A stretch of 64,000 nucleotides of DNA, from NCBI GenBank assembly GCA_951406725.2, contig OX597825.1:42656001-42720000 (forward strand), in the 5' to 3' direction. The stretch is from Octopus vulgaris (lineage: Eukaryota). Each line of letters opens with the position of its first letter. Position 1 is the first letter of the stretch. Position numbers and translations under genes: made by a program. Below, piece after piece: positions 25,459-38,462 of the stretch. The notes below the pieces were generated by a model. It had not been told where the DNA came from. It did no database searches and saw nothing but the letters and a program-made list of their open reading frames with translations.

Positions 25459-26208
25459 AACTTTTATGTATTTTTGTAAATTTGTATATTTATCTTCAAT
25501 GTATTTTGCTCTGGAATTTCAATTCGTCTTTTTAATATGTCATTGTATGTTTTATTATCCCAAATTTTAAATTTAACAAATTTATACCAAACTAGCACCA
25601 TGACCCAGCGTTGCCGGGTCATAATTCTAGTATATATATATATATATAAAACTGAGAATGTGTGTCTGTCTGTCTGTGTGTTTCCCTAAAACTTGAGAAC
25701 TACACTACCAATTTCATTCAAATTTTACACATGCCTTACTTAGGGTCCATGTAGTTTCATGGGCAAAAAGATTTCAACTTCTTGCCTATCATAGCAATAT
25801 CATAGCTTCTCCACTATTTCAGTATTACGTACTAAAAGTGAAACAAAAACATTTCTCTATTTTATGTCAGATACTTTCACTTTAACAATAAAAATTAGAG
25901 ATAATAATAACAATTGAATTATATGTAGTAAGTAATAATTAAAATCAAACTAAAGTATAATATAATCGTAACATAACAAAAGTAAAAATAGCAATTGGTA
26001 TAAAATTGCATCAATGACTTGAACTTGAATAAGTGGTTTCACATGAATGGGAATAAATTAAAAATAAAATTAGCGTGCAGAAATGGAATATTCCAGATGG
26101 AGCTGTGCACATACCGTTTACCGCAGCTTTTACATTAGATTATCTGCTAATTAGCTAGCATTAAGTATCTATATGAAGTTTGGCTGTATGTAATGTCTGT
26201 TTTCTCGA

Positions 26209-29200
26209 ACAGCTGCTTCTTCTATTGTTGGTACGTATCAATTTTTTCCCTGTAAATATTGTTATTGTTACGGTGAATTATTGTTATTGCTTTTAAAAAG
26301 AACTTTTATCTGGTTTATTCGAAAGCTATTTGTTGAAATTCCCCTCTGCGGGGGAATTATTGTTGTCTTGCGGCTCTTTTAACCAATTTTTGTGAAAGGC
26401 TTTTGAAGCCAATTTTGTGAAAGGCTCTTTTTAAGCCAACTTGTTGTGGAAAAATGGAAATCCATACACCTTACTCTTTCTCACCTGTGTCAGGTGAAGA
26501 AAGTAGTTCACCAGCAGTAACACCGAAAAAACAAAACGAAAAAACACCAGCAGTCTCACCGAAGAAATTCGCAGAGGTAGCTGGTAAAAAGGAAAAGAAG
26601 CTAAATACTGAAAAGAGTAATTTAGAAAAATATATGCACATGTTGGAAAAAGAAGGAACGGAAATTACAGTGGTTACAACAGAAGGAACGACCGACGCAG
26701 TAAACAGGAAAAGGATCATCTACAAGACGTACAGCATAGTTAAAAAATGATTCAAAGAATAGAGGGAAAAAAGTGGAAAAATGCCTGAAACCAATTTGGC
26801 CCAAAATCACCTACATCAACCGAGAAAAAGGTTCGGTACAGTGGAAGTAAGGTTTAAAACAAAAGAAGCAGCGAAAAAGTACTCTTCGGAGACACTCAAA
26901 ACACAGGAGGTGGTTCTTCTCCAATATACATGGGAGGAAGAACATCAAAAATAAACAACATCCCCCCTGAAGTGGATGCCACTTGTTTAGTGGCAGCAAT
27001 AACATTAGGCCTGGATGAAAAAATAAATATTCTCCAGGCCTCAGTGGAAGAGGAAGAGCATTGGAAGGGGCAATGTTTGACGATGGCAATTCAAGCGGAG
27101 GTAGCAACCTTAGAAGAAATTCCAGAAGCCATAAATGTTGGCGGAGGAGAGAGGCTGATCGTATACGTGGAAGGCAGAAAACCGAAATGCTTCAACTGCG
27201 GGTTGAAGGGACACATCAGGGCCGAGTGCCAACCAAAAGAGAAGGAAAGAAAAGAAGAAACACCAGATGAAACAACATCAGTACCAGCATCAACACCTAA
27301 ATATGTTACATCACCAACGACAGAAGAAAGTGAAGAGAAAGACAGAGAAGAGGGATGGTCGACTACTTCTAAGAAAAAGAAAAAAAACACAGACCGCTCC
27401 TCCCAAATTGAATATAAAAAGGAAAAATGAACAAGAGAAAGACAATGCGTACATGGCCATAAAGGCCTCAAACAACAGACTAGTCAAGCGTTTGGCAGTT
27501 ATCCCAACTGTCAAACGAGTTGGCAAAACTACATCGAAAGACTTTCTTATCTACAAGATAGGCCGGAAGGATTACGGGCGGGCATATTAGACGCACTGGC
27601 ATATTAGACGCACCCTCATTTCAGCAGGTCAAATTCAGGAAAAAAAGTTTTAAGTGTATTTAAGCATATATTGTTGAAAGCAGTCTAGCAGCACATTACA
27701 AAAGCAGAAAACATTGCTGTATAAAAGCAAGCATACAAAAGGAAAGCATACAAATTACAATAGTAATCATCTTTAATCATCTTTTTAACCAGAAAACTCT
27801 TCATCATCTTCTACACCAGAAAAGTCTTCATCATCTTCAAAACAAGGAACATCATCACTACTGCTGAAATCACTGTCTTCAAATAATGCATCATCTTCTG
27901 TGCCATCAAGGGCATTGCTAATGCCACACTTCTTAAAAGCCTTCACAATGATTTCAGGCCTAACATCATCCCAATATTTCTTCACCCACTCACACACTTC
28001 AGCAATGGTGGGCCGCTTCATTCTTCCTGTGGGTGTGAGGGCATGATGTGGCTCTGTCATCCACTTGTTCCAATGTTCACGCATGTTCTGCTTAAATGGC
28101 TTATTCACAGACACATCTAAAGGCTGCAATTGGCTCGTCAGTCCACCAGGAATGACAGCTAACTGCGTTTACAATTCTCCTACCCTTTTTTTAATGGCTT
28201 CAGTTCTATGTGCTCTAAACTGATCCCAAACCAGAAGAGAAGGTTTTCTTAATAGTCCACCAGGACGCCTTGACCATATATTTTGTAACCACAGTTTCAT
28301 TCCATTTTCGTCCATCCAGCCTTTTTCGTGAACATGAACTAGTACACCTCTTGGAATTTTATCCTTAGGCTGAGTTTTTCTCTTAAATATCAAAAGAGGT
28401 AGCAGTTTTATGCCATCAGCACAACAGACCAGAGCTACTGTATAGTGGGTCTTTTCGTGGCCAGTGGTTTTTATCGAAACCGTTTTAGACCCTTTGACAC
28501 TCACAGTTCTGTTGGATGGTACATCAAATGTGAGTGGAACTTCGTCCATATTCCCCATTTGGCCCAGTTCAAAGCAAGTTTTCTTTCTTGCATTTATAAC
28601 AAATCTATGAAAATCTAATATTTTTTCTTCATAATCAGCAGGCATTTTTTGTGCAATGGATGTTTTTGTACGCATTGATAAACCCTTCCGTTTCATAAAC
28701 CTGTAACACCAACCTTCTGTTCCTGCAAAGTTCTGTATCCCTCGTTGTTCTGCTACTCTCATGGCCTCATGAATTATCATTTTGGTAGATACACTTCTCC
28801 CTGAGTTTCTCTCATCAAGCACCCACGTTTTTATATCATCCTCAAGTTCTGGCCAATGTGGGGCTGGGCAACGAAGGTTATGTTTTTGTGCTCTCATCAG
28901 CTGCTCTTCTTGCTGTCGCCAGACACGTATCATTTTTTTCTGTAGGTGGTGGCCCAAAAACCCTTGCTGCTGCTCTATTTCCATGCTCCTTGGCATAATC
29001 TACCACTCGTAGTTTGTAGATTTTGTAGCTTGATCTTTTTGCTGCCATAGCCGTGAGGGTGCTTGTACTGTTGTAGTGTGTTTTGTTATGATCATAAACT
29101 TTGTTGTACCAAGATATCCAACCTACCTCCGTATATACACGAACTCGCAACGATCATGTGCATTCCGTAGTTTTACTCCTCACCGTCAGATGGCATCGAG

Positions 29201-32200
29201 TTAGGGTTCCGATCAGCTGATATTGGTAAACGTGTGTCATGGATCGCAGCCTAACAATTTACGGTAGATTGCTTTGATTTTTACGATAATTCGTATTTTA
29301 AAGTAATAATACTGGTAATAATAATAATAATAATAATATTAGCAATAAAATAATAATGTATGAGTACGGAAAATATCATTAAGGCGTTAGCGTAGGTAGA
29401 AATACTTATCGTAAGCTAGGTTAGTGAGCGTCTGGGACAAGATTAGCCTACGGGAGGGTCTTGACTTCGCATATTAGACGCAAGGCGATTTTTTTAGCCA
29501 AATTGTTTGGAAAAAAGTGCGTCCTATATGCCGTCAAATACGGTAAGTCCGAATTCTTCCACGACGTAGGCCCTCTAAGAATGGATTTTTCTCCATATAT
29601 TTACGAGGGCCTACGTCCAAATACGCCACGAGCCCAGGAAAAAGAAAAAGAAAAGGAGGATGAAGAAACGCCGAACCACTGATACTGAGGTAAGTAATGT
29701 CTAACATTCATGTTGGTTGCTTAAATGTGCGTGGCCTGAGATCAAGCTGGAAGCAGGGCCGCTTCCTTAATGATATCAGGTCGCGGAATTTGGATGTCAT
29801 TGTTGCTACAGAAACCCGGTTAGAGGGGCCAAGAGATCTGCTCCCGCTGTTGAACGGCTACGAAAGTTTTTCTCTCCAGGCAGTCCTACCGGCGGGAGTG
29901 GGGTATTGGTCCTATTAAAAAGAAACCGGGTTTTTGAGAAAAAGTTAATTTTTTCAGATCCAGAAGGTAGGCTGGTCGTCATGGATTTGACATTCATTAA
30001 CGGTAAAATCATCAGACCGGTTGCAATTTATGCACCCTCATCATCATCTGGGCAAACTGAGTATTTTCGAGAGCTAGAGAAATTTCTTAGTACTTCACAT
30101 TCATTAGTTGTGCGAGGAGACTACAACACAATTTACCAGGCGCGAGTAGATTATTTTGGCTCGTGTACAGATAGAAAAGGTAACCTGGCTTCCTGGAACT
30201 GCTAAGACGCTTTGAGCTAGCAGATCCTTATAGGCTGGAATTTCCGAACGCTCCATTGTGGACATGGTCAAATAGCGACGGATCTTCCAGGTCTTACATA
30301 GATAGAATACTAATTAGAAAAGCAGATAGAGAAATAGCTAAGTGTCCACAGTTTTACCCGGTCAGCTACAGTAACCATAAAATGGTCATCTGTAAGCTTG
30401 ACATAGATAAGGTATATAAGAGAGGCTCCGGTTATTGGAAACTTCATACATCCCTTTTGGCGATTAAGGAGTACAGAGACCGGATTAGGACTTTGATTCA
30501 GAGGGCGCTGTCTGGTGCCATCATTAATAATAAATGGTGGTATGCTCTCAAGCGAGCCATAAAATTCGAGTCTATTAGATATAGCATAGGATTAGTGGCT
30601 AGAGAGGCTAGGAGGGGATCAACTCTAGTTAAGGATTTAGAGGAAGCCATGAAACCTGGCTCTGCGGCTCAGGTGACGGCCAAGAGACTGGCGTTAAACC
30701 AGCACCTCGAGGCCAAACACATGGGCTGCATTGTCAGGGCTAGGATCCGCGCAGTCGGTTGTGAGGGAATCAACGCCGCAGGATGGGCCCGAGTGGTGGA
30801 GGCTCAACGTGGTAATGATTCCACAATTCGATCTTTGACGAACCAACAAGGTAAGTTGATAGACGAACCCTAGGTGGTGTGTGAAGCCTTTCAGGAGCAC
30901 TTCGCTCAGTTTTTCGGGGTGGGCGGCGGACCGGATAGTAGGAGGGACTTTACGGACCTCCTCGACGGGCTGCCGCGCCTATCAGGGCGAGATGCGGCAA
31001 GCTGTGAAGGGCCGATCACGCCTGGGGAGGTGGCTGAGGCTATGGCGGACTGCGGCGCGGGAAAGGCGCCAGGACTGGATGGTCTACCCTATGAGTTATA
31101 TAAGAGTATGCCAGACTTGTTCGGGCACCTACTGGTAGCAGAACGGGTTTATTCCCAGATCTGTGCGCCGGGGAGTAGTGACGCTTGTCAGAAAGGTCCC
31201 GGACAAGGGGTATTGTATTGATAATTTTCGGCCTATCACTCTGCTAAACACATAGTTGAAGATTTTGGCCAAAGTGTTATCGAAAAGATTGGCACGTATC
31301 GCGGATGGTCTGATCAGGGAGGCACAGACATGTGCCGTTCCTGGCAGAACCATTCAGGATAATCTCCATCTTATGCGCTACACTTTAGAGGGGTTTAATA
31401 TTGATTCTGGCAAGGGTGGGGCACTGGTCCATTTAGACCAATCTAAGGCTTTTGATAGGGTTGACCATCGCTACCTGGTGTCTGTTCTGGCACAGTTCGG
31501 CCTGGGACTTGGCTTCCTCAGGTGGATCATTCAGATTTATGACAACATCGACTCGGTAGTTCGGGTGAACGACTTCTTATCGAAGTCGTTCAACATCAAA
31601 CGCTCGGTTCGTCAAGGGTGTCCACTCTCCCGCTTTTGTACGTGATGGCTCTTGAGCCACTACTGCGAAAATTGAGCGGCATCTCGAGACAGCCAGGTTG
31701 TGGAAAATCGGTGTCAGCTTACGCGGATGACATCACCATCATCGTAACTGAAATGAATCACCTACAGAGGGTAAGCAAGGCCATAGAGGTTTACGAGACG
31801 GTGGCAGGAGCAAACGTTAATCGTGAAAAGTCAGTCGGCTTGCAGCTCGGCACCTGGAGAGGCAAGTCGATGCCTCCTGACAGCGTTGTGGGACGTTGGA
31901 CGGAGGGTCCGATTAAGTTGCTAGGGGTCTGGTTTGGACCTGGCCTCCAAATAGAGAAGAACTGGGCCGAGGTATCGAGCAGGGTGGCTGCAGTAGTCAA
32001 GACCTGGTCTTGGCGGTGGCTATCCCTGAAAGGAAGGGCGGAGGTAGCCAATGTGTTTATCGCATCGGTCATCACCTACCGCCTATCCGCCGTTCCTTGC
32101 CCTGATTCGTGGTTGATCAAGCTGGAAAGACAGCTCTTTCACTTTTTGTGGAGGGGCTCGAATCCGCTTGTGAAACGCTCTACTTGCTGTCAACAACCGT

Positions 32201-33293
32201 TAATGGGTGGGCTAAGGATGCCTTGGCTGTTGATGCAGACATGCGCTGAGGTTGAGGCATCTGTGGCTCTACCTGGATGGTGAACGGGTGTGGTCTCCGC
32301 TAGCAAAACTGATGTTTCCCAGGTTTACTAGTTTCGGTGGATGAGAAACCTAGTTGAATCGAAGATCAAAACTAGGTACATGGTTTACAGAGTGTCGCAA
32401 GGCTCTCCTGCTATTCCGTCGCTCGGGCAACGCCTGCGGTGGGGGTTCCAATACATTCTTCTATAGAGGGCTGGTAGTGGCGGAATGTGACGATACTTTA
32501 GGGGAAACCCTAGGTCTCGATGATAATCAGCTGGCCAGTCTGTTCCGACGTACATTCGGGCCGAAGACCCTGGACAACTTTCAGAAGTCTCTGGCATGGC
32601 AATGTTACAGAGGAGCTCTACCTGTTCGGGACAAACTCGCAAGGCATGGTGGCCGAGGCAATCCGACATGTCCAACATGCGAGCGGGATAGGGAAACCGT
32701 CCCGCATGCTATTGTTCAATGTCCAGAGGTGTGGGTTTATGCCGAACAACTGTTGTCAAACACACGAAGAGTACAGCTGTCGACTGTGTCTATTGTAAAA
32801 ATTGACCCACTGGATTTCCTCTCGAAAGAAGGTAAGAATTGTTTTCTCGTTGTAGTTGCAATTGCGAGAGAGTAATTTGGAAGACGAGGCTGAAAGGTAT
32901 AGAGTCAGGCAATTTTATCTCTGACCCTGGATTGATGAATTACTTCATCTTCCACCTAAAAAGGAAAATAGGGCTGGAGAGAAAATGCCTGACTGAGAAA
33001 GTGTTCGAAAAACGATGGAAGTATGTAGCACAGATGTTGCGTATGAATGGTACCGCATAAATGTGGGACAGGATGAAACCCAGGTATCAGTGGCGAGGCG
33101 GGGCTCATGTGGTCCGAGCTAAACCCGCTGCCACTCCATCCGTAATGTCTTCCGGTCTGTCCCATCATCCGATTTTTTCGTTTTTATTGTGATTCGTAAT
33201 TATGTGTTAAAATTTTAAAATTCATCATCTATGTAAAACCATTAGTAAATCTGACCCCAAATCAAATTGTGTTGTGTTGTCCCCTCTTTGTTC
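26209..33293 (+). mobile_element. L1/Tx1-clade LINE, near full length and degenerate
   Basis: ORF1 from 26454 with CFNCGLKGHIRAEC knuckle. ORF2 29697-33060: APE (CLNVRGL, ETRL, YAP, GDYN, YIDRI), RT (PGLDG, LDQSKAFDRVDH, QGCPLS, YADD), CPTC..ETVPHAIVQC. Many frameshifts. Confidence 0.93.
27581..29543 (-). mobile_element. pogo-family DNA transposon (POGK/Passer-like) inserted in L1 ORF1
   Basis: ATG at 29048; Brinker-like YKLRVVDYAKEHGNRAAAR, CENPB HTH, GNMDEVP..LLVWDQFRAH..QPLDVSVNKPFK. Right TIR ..gccgtcaaatacgg|TA; the outer left TIR is lost. Repeated catattagacgca motifs. Confidence 0.92.
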
Positions 33294-34100
33294 GCCGCTG
33301 CTGTAGGTTTATTTCGTATACATAAAGGACTATAGCTTCAATTGCGTATTGCTTTTTGATTCACCGTAAGGTTTGTTGTTATTATTATTACTGTTTAACT
33401 ATTGTTATCACGTTTGTTGGTTCCTCGTAAGGGAAACGTTGTTGTGTTGCATTTGTTAAATAATTGTAAACTGTAACCCTCCCCCTTTGGGAGAAGGAGC
33501 TTTGGTTATTGTTTAAAAATTGAATTGTATCTGGGAAAATTGACAATATTTTCACCATTTATACGGAAGCATACTTGTTAGAATGCCTTCGATAGAAGAA
33601 AGTCCAAAAATGAAATTCGCTGCAGCCGTCGGCGGGCGCGAACTCATTAAAATTTAAATGGAAGAAATACAAACCTATTTCGGATTGATCACCGACAAAG
33701 ACGACGAATCGAGGATAACACCACCAAACGAAATTAAAAATTGAATCAAAGAAAAGACTATTGTCTATAAAGTATACAATGTAGAGAAAAAAAAAAGATT
33801 TGAACACCCAGAGGAAAGCACCATCGAAAAGTGTCTTGGTGCGACTATGAAAGAGGCGGTAAATTTGCCACAATAGAAGCAAGTTTCGAGTCAATGGAGC
33901 ATGCAAGGGAGTACTCGACTCGAACCTTGCAAAGTGGAAATATTTTATTTTTACCTTTATATCTGGGACGTAGGACGTCCCGGATAAAAATTTAAAATGT
34001 CCCTCCAGAAGTAGAGGTAGGCTGGATTGTAGCCACATTTCAATACAAGAGGGAGGACAAGATACAATTGATCGAAATTGCAAGAGACGGGCCTACAATT
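33294..34100 (+). mobile_element. Second L1/Tx1-type 5' UTR + ORF1 N-terminal fragment
   Basis: Translates ITPPNEIKN*IKEKTIVYKVYNV..RGGKFATIEASF..LPLYLGRRTSRIKI*NVPPEV, homologous to the ORF1s at 26454 and 48228. Confidence 0.8.
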
Positions 34101-34271
34101 CCAGTCCGCTTTATATTTTGAGTATTGTTATCACTAGCAATATCAAGATATAACTTTGTATTTTGTATTTTATATGTAGATGTATATATATAGATGTACA
34201 TGTAATATGTACACATATATACATGCACTAGCACTATGACCCGGCAAGGACGGGTCATAATGCTAGTGTAG

Positions 34272-34304
<33 letters not shown>

Positions 34305-34371
34305 CCGGAGTAAACACATAGATGTGAAACAAGGTGGAAAAAAGAGTACTCAAATACCAGGGGTAGAGTAA

Positions 34372-34539
34372 TATGTTTTATTTAAAAGCAGCAGAAATTC
34401 AACAAAACCTGTTACTCGGAGTTTCACGTTTCCGTTCGTGGGACAGTTTTGTTAAAATTTTAACAAAACTGTCCGACGAACGGGAACGTGAAACTCCGAG
34501 TAACAGGTTTTGTTGAATTTCTGTTGCTTTTCAATAAAG

Positions 34540-34543
<4 letters not shown>
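34372..34543. repeat. Spacerless palindrome (86-bp arms) of a hammerhead-bearing repeat
   Basis: Axis at 34457|34458 (gttaaaa|ttttaac). The + arm reads ctgt-CCGACGA-acg/ggaa/cgt-GAAA-ctccgag-TA-acag. Confidence 0.9.
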
Positions 34544-34578
<35 letters not shown>

Positions 34579-34581
<3 letters not shown>

Positions 34582-34733
34582 CACAGGAGTGGCTCTGTGG
34601 TAAGAAGCTTGTTTCCCAACTACATGGTTCCAGGTTCAGTCCCACTGTGTGGCATTTTGGCCAAGCGTTTTCTACTATAGCCTCAAGCCGATCGAAGCTT
34701 TTTAAGTGGATCTGGTAGACTGAAACTGGAACG
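34579..34733 (+). mobile_element. tRNA-derived SINE 5' part (same family as 24492-24884)
   Basis: ggcacaggagtggctctgtggtaag..ggttcagtccc..ggatctggtagactgaaactg. Confidence 0.75.
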
Positions 34734-35636
34734 TCCGTTTTCCATACCGGCATGAGTTGGATGGTTGACTGGGGTCTGGGAAGCCTGGAAGCTGAACCAG
34801 GCTCCAGTCTGGTCTGGCAGTGTTTCTACAGCTAGACGCACTTCCTGACACCAACCACTCCAAGGGTGTAGTGGGTGCTTTTTACATGCCACCAGTACAG
34901 GGGTCAGAAGGGGCTGGCAACGACCACAATCCAAGGTACTTTGAGTGGGCTTGTTATGCGACACTGGTGTAGGTTACAGCTGTGAGCTCAGTTTATTTGC
35001 CAGATCTTCTCTGTCACAGCATATCTCCAGAGGTCTCAGTCTTTTGTCATTGTCTCTGTGAGGCCCAACGTTCGAAGGTCATGCTTCACCACCTCATCCC
35101 ATATCTTCTTGGGTCTCCCTCTACCCCAGGTTCCTTTCACTGTTTGGGAGTGGCACTTCTTCACACAGCTCTCCTCATCCATCCGTAGTACATGACCATA
35201 CCAACGCAAATGTTTCTCCTGCATGCTACATCCAATGTTTGTTACGTCCAACATTTCTCTCAGGGTGCTTACATTCCGTTGTGTGTGCACACTGACATTA
35301 CACATCTAGTAGATCATTCTAGCTTCATTTCTTTCGAGCCTACGCATGTCTTCAGCAGTCACAGCCCATGTTTCACTGCCATGAAGCATGGCAGTTCACA
35401 CACATGCATCATACAATCTACCCTTCACTCTGAGCGAGAGGCCCTTTGTCACTAGTAGGAGTAGAAGCTTTCTGAACTTTGCCCAGGTTATTCTTATTCT
35501 AATGTTAACACTCTCTGAACATCCACCCCCACTACAGACTTGGGCACCTAGGTGGCAGAAACTATCAACTACTTCTAGTTTCTTGCCCCAGCATGTGATG
35601 GAATCTGGAATCTGTTTTCTGACCATCTGAAATGTT
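34734..35636 (-). mobile_element. RTE LINE 3' fragment
   Basis: LEVVDSFCHLG..GLSLRVKGRLYDACV..LRWYGHVLRMDE..GRGRPKKIW, plus the 3' UTR. Confidence 0.88.
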
Positions 35637-35789
35637 TATTGTCCCTATATATATATATATATATATTGCAAAGATAATCTGGAACTCGACTGAGGAAAGA
35701 AAACTCCGAATGACCCATCCTTGTTTTCTTTGTATCGTCTATCTGGATGTTTTGCGTTTTTGTTCCATTTTGTATTTTATATATATATA

Positions 35790-35983
35790 TCGTGCCGGTG
35801 GCATGTAAAAAGCACCCACTACACTCTCGGAGTGGTTGGCATTAGGAAGGACATCCAGCTGTTGAAACTCTGCCAGATCAAGATTGGAGCCTGGTGCAGC
35901 CATCTGGTTCGCTAGCCATCAGTCAAAATCGTCCAACCCATGCTAGCATGGAAAGCGCACGTTAAACGATGATGATGATGATG

Positions 35984-35985
<2 letters not shown>
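35790..35985 (+). mobile_element. RTE 3' tail fragment with (gat)n
   Basis: ggttggcattaggaagg..aacccatgctagcatggaaagc..gatgatgatg; the same tail is at 4740 (+), 1715 (-) and 36895 (-). Confidence 0.75.
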
Positions 35986-36020
<35 letters not shown>

Positions 36021-36885
36021 TGTATTTGTGTCTGTGTTTGTCTCCCAACGATCACTTGACAACCAATGTTGGTGTGTTTACATCCTCATAAATTAGTGGT
36101 CCAGCAAAAAAGGCCTTTACAAGGAGTAAGTCCTGGGTTCGATTTATTAAATTAAAAGGCTGTGCTCCAGCATAGCCACAGTCAAATGACTGAAACAAGT
36201 AAAAGAGTAATATATGTACACACATGTTTAGAAAGGAGTATATGAATATAATTATATATAAATAAATGTGTATATATGTAGACAAAAATAAATAAATCAT
36301 TCACCCGTAGCTGTGGGTGAATATATTCTTATGGTCAACTATATGTTTCTTGCAAGCACTTCTAGCCTTCATCACTAATTCAGTTCTTAACCAAATTGAA
36401 TGCATTTATTTTTTTAGCAATGCTGGTCCAGTGATGGTCACTCACTCCACTAAAATACAATGAGTCAAAGGGAGAGAGGGGCAGCATAGCAGTAACAACA
36501 ACAACAAGTGTTGGACGACTTGAAACAGGCAATATTGCAGAAAAATCAGCAGTGGCAACACCACCACCACTCCTAATCGTCATCACCAGTTGTAGCATGA
36601 TGTTAAGCATGCTCAGAGATAACAGCTAGAATGAAAGTAACAACAAATTCACCACCACCACAATAGCAAAACACAGTATTGTCACAAAACTCAGTAACAT
36701 AGAGAGCAACAAAAACAACACTGAGACAACATGAATTACAATGAAACCAGAGAGAAAAGCAACGATATAAATAAAACCGGTGGAAAAATTAACAGCAACA
36801 ACAAATCAAGATCACTATAGGGTAATTCTGTTTTGTCTTTTGTTATGAAAGACATACCAACATTTTTAATCCCAGATTCCATCCT

Positions 36886-38056
36886 GATATCATCATTGTT
36901 TAACGTCTGCTTTCCATGCTGGCATGGGTTGGACGGTTTGACTGGGGACTGGTGAGCCACATGACTGCACCAGGCTCCAATCTGATCTGGCAGAGTTTCT
37001 ACAACTGGATGCCCTTCCTAACACCAACCACTCAGGGTAGTGGGTTCTTTTACATGCTAATGGCACGAGGGCCAGTCTGGCAGTATTGGCAAAAGCCACG
37101 CTCAAATGGTGTTTTTATGTCACCTGCACAGGAGCCAGTCTAGGGGCACTGCCAACGCCCTCACTCAAATGTTATTTTCACGTACCACCGGCACAAGTGC
37201 CAGTAAGGCGACGCTGGTAATGATCATGCTCGGATGGTGCTTTTAGTGCTCTACTAGCATGGATGCCAGTCATGCAGTACTGTCATGGAATTTGATTTCA
37301 ATTTCACTTGCCTCAACAGGTCTTCACAAGCTGAGTATTGTGTCTAATGAAAAAGAGCTACGCCTAAATGGGCTGGTTACACCACTGGCATAGGCCATGG
37401 GTTATGGTCTCACTTGGCTTGCTGGGTCTTCTCAAGCACAGCATATTTCCAAAGGTCTCGGTCACTAGTCATTGCCTCAGTGAGGCCTATTGCTTGAAGG
37501 TTGTGCTTCACCACCTCATCCCAGGTCTTCCTGAGTCTACCTCTTCCACAGTTTCCCTCAACCGCTAGGGTGTGACACTTTTCACACAGCTATCCTCATC
37601 CATTTGCACCACATGACCATACCAGTGCAGTCATCTCTCTTGCACACCACATCCGATGCTTCTCAGGTCCAACTTTTCTCTTAAGGCACTTACATTTTGT
37701 CAAGTATGCACACTGACATTACACATCCAGTGGAGCATACTGGCTTCGTTCCTTGCAAGCTTACACATGTCCTCAGCAGTCACAGCCATGTAGCATGGTT
37801 GTTTGTACACATGCGTCCTACAGTCTACCTTTTTAATCTGAGTGAGAGGCTCTTAGTGACCAGCAGATATAGGAGCTCTCTGGACTTTGCCCAGGCAATT
37901 CTTATTCTAGCAGCTATACTTTCAGAGCACCCACACCCGCTACTGACTTGGTCACCTAAGCAACGGAAGCTATCAACTACTTCTAGTTTTTCTCCCTGGG
38001 ATGTGGCAAAAGTTGTTCTCTGCACATTTTCAGTGTTTATTGCTCCTGTCCCAAAT
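36886..38056 (-). mobile_element. RTE LINE 3' fragment with long 3' UTR
   Basis: GEKLEVVDSFRCLGDQVSSG..RIRIAWAKSRELL; homologous to 34734-35636. Confidence 0.85.
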
Positions 38057-38102
38057 TTCAAGCCTTGTTCCTGTAATAGAAAGAAGGATGATGATGATGA
38101 TG

Positions 38103-38245
<143 letters not shown>

Positions 38246-38462
38246 GGCAGTGAGCTGGCAGAATCGTTAGCATGCTGGGGGAAATGCTTAGCAGCATTTC
38301 ATCTGTCTTATGTTCTGAGTTCAAATTCTGCCAAAGTCAACTTTGCTTTTTATCCTTTTGGGTTGATAAAATAAGTACCAGTTGAGCACTGGGGTCGATG
38401 TAATTGATTCGCCCCTCCCCCAAAATTTCAGGCCTTGTGCCTGTAGTAAAAGAAATTATTAT
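38246..38462 (+). mobile_element. tRNA-derived SINE with Nin-like domain
   Basis: ggcagtgagctggcagaatcgttag..gagttcaaattc..ccttttgggttgataaaataagtaccag. Confidence 0.75.

Larger units (their letters stand above)
24015..25630 (+). mobile_element. Non-autonomous Helitron, copy 1
   Basis: A|TCTATATATATAAAA start, subterminal hairpin atgaccc..gggtcat, CTAG|T end. Confidence 0.8.
25631..34266 (+). mobile_element. Non-autonomous Helitron, copy 2 (tandem with copy 1), expanded by nested insertions
   Basis: Same 5' ~220 bp as copy 1; same 3' hairpin tatgaccc..gggtcata plus CTAG|T at 34263-34267. Confidence 0.75.

Noticed and set aside
35683-35720. Possible extra hammerhead (ctgagga..tccgaa)
   Set aside because: No valid CUGANGA-stem II-GAAA-UH register.
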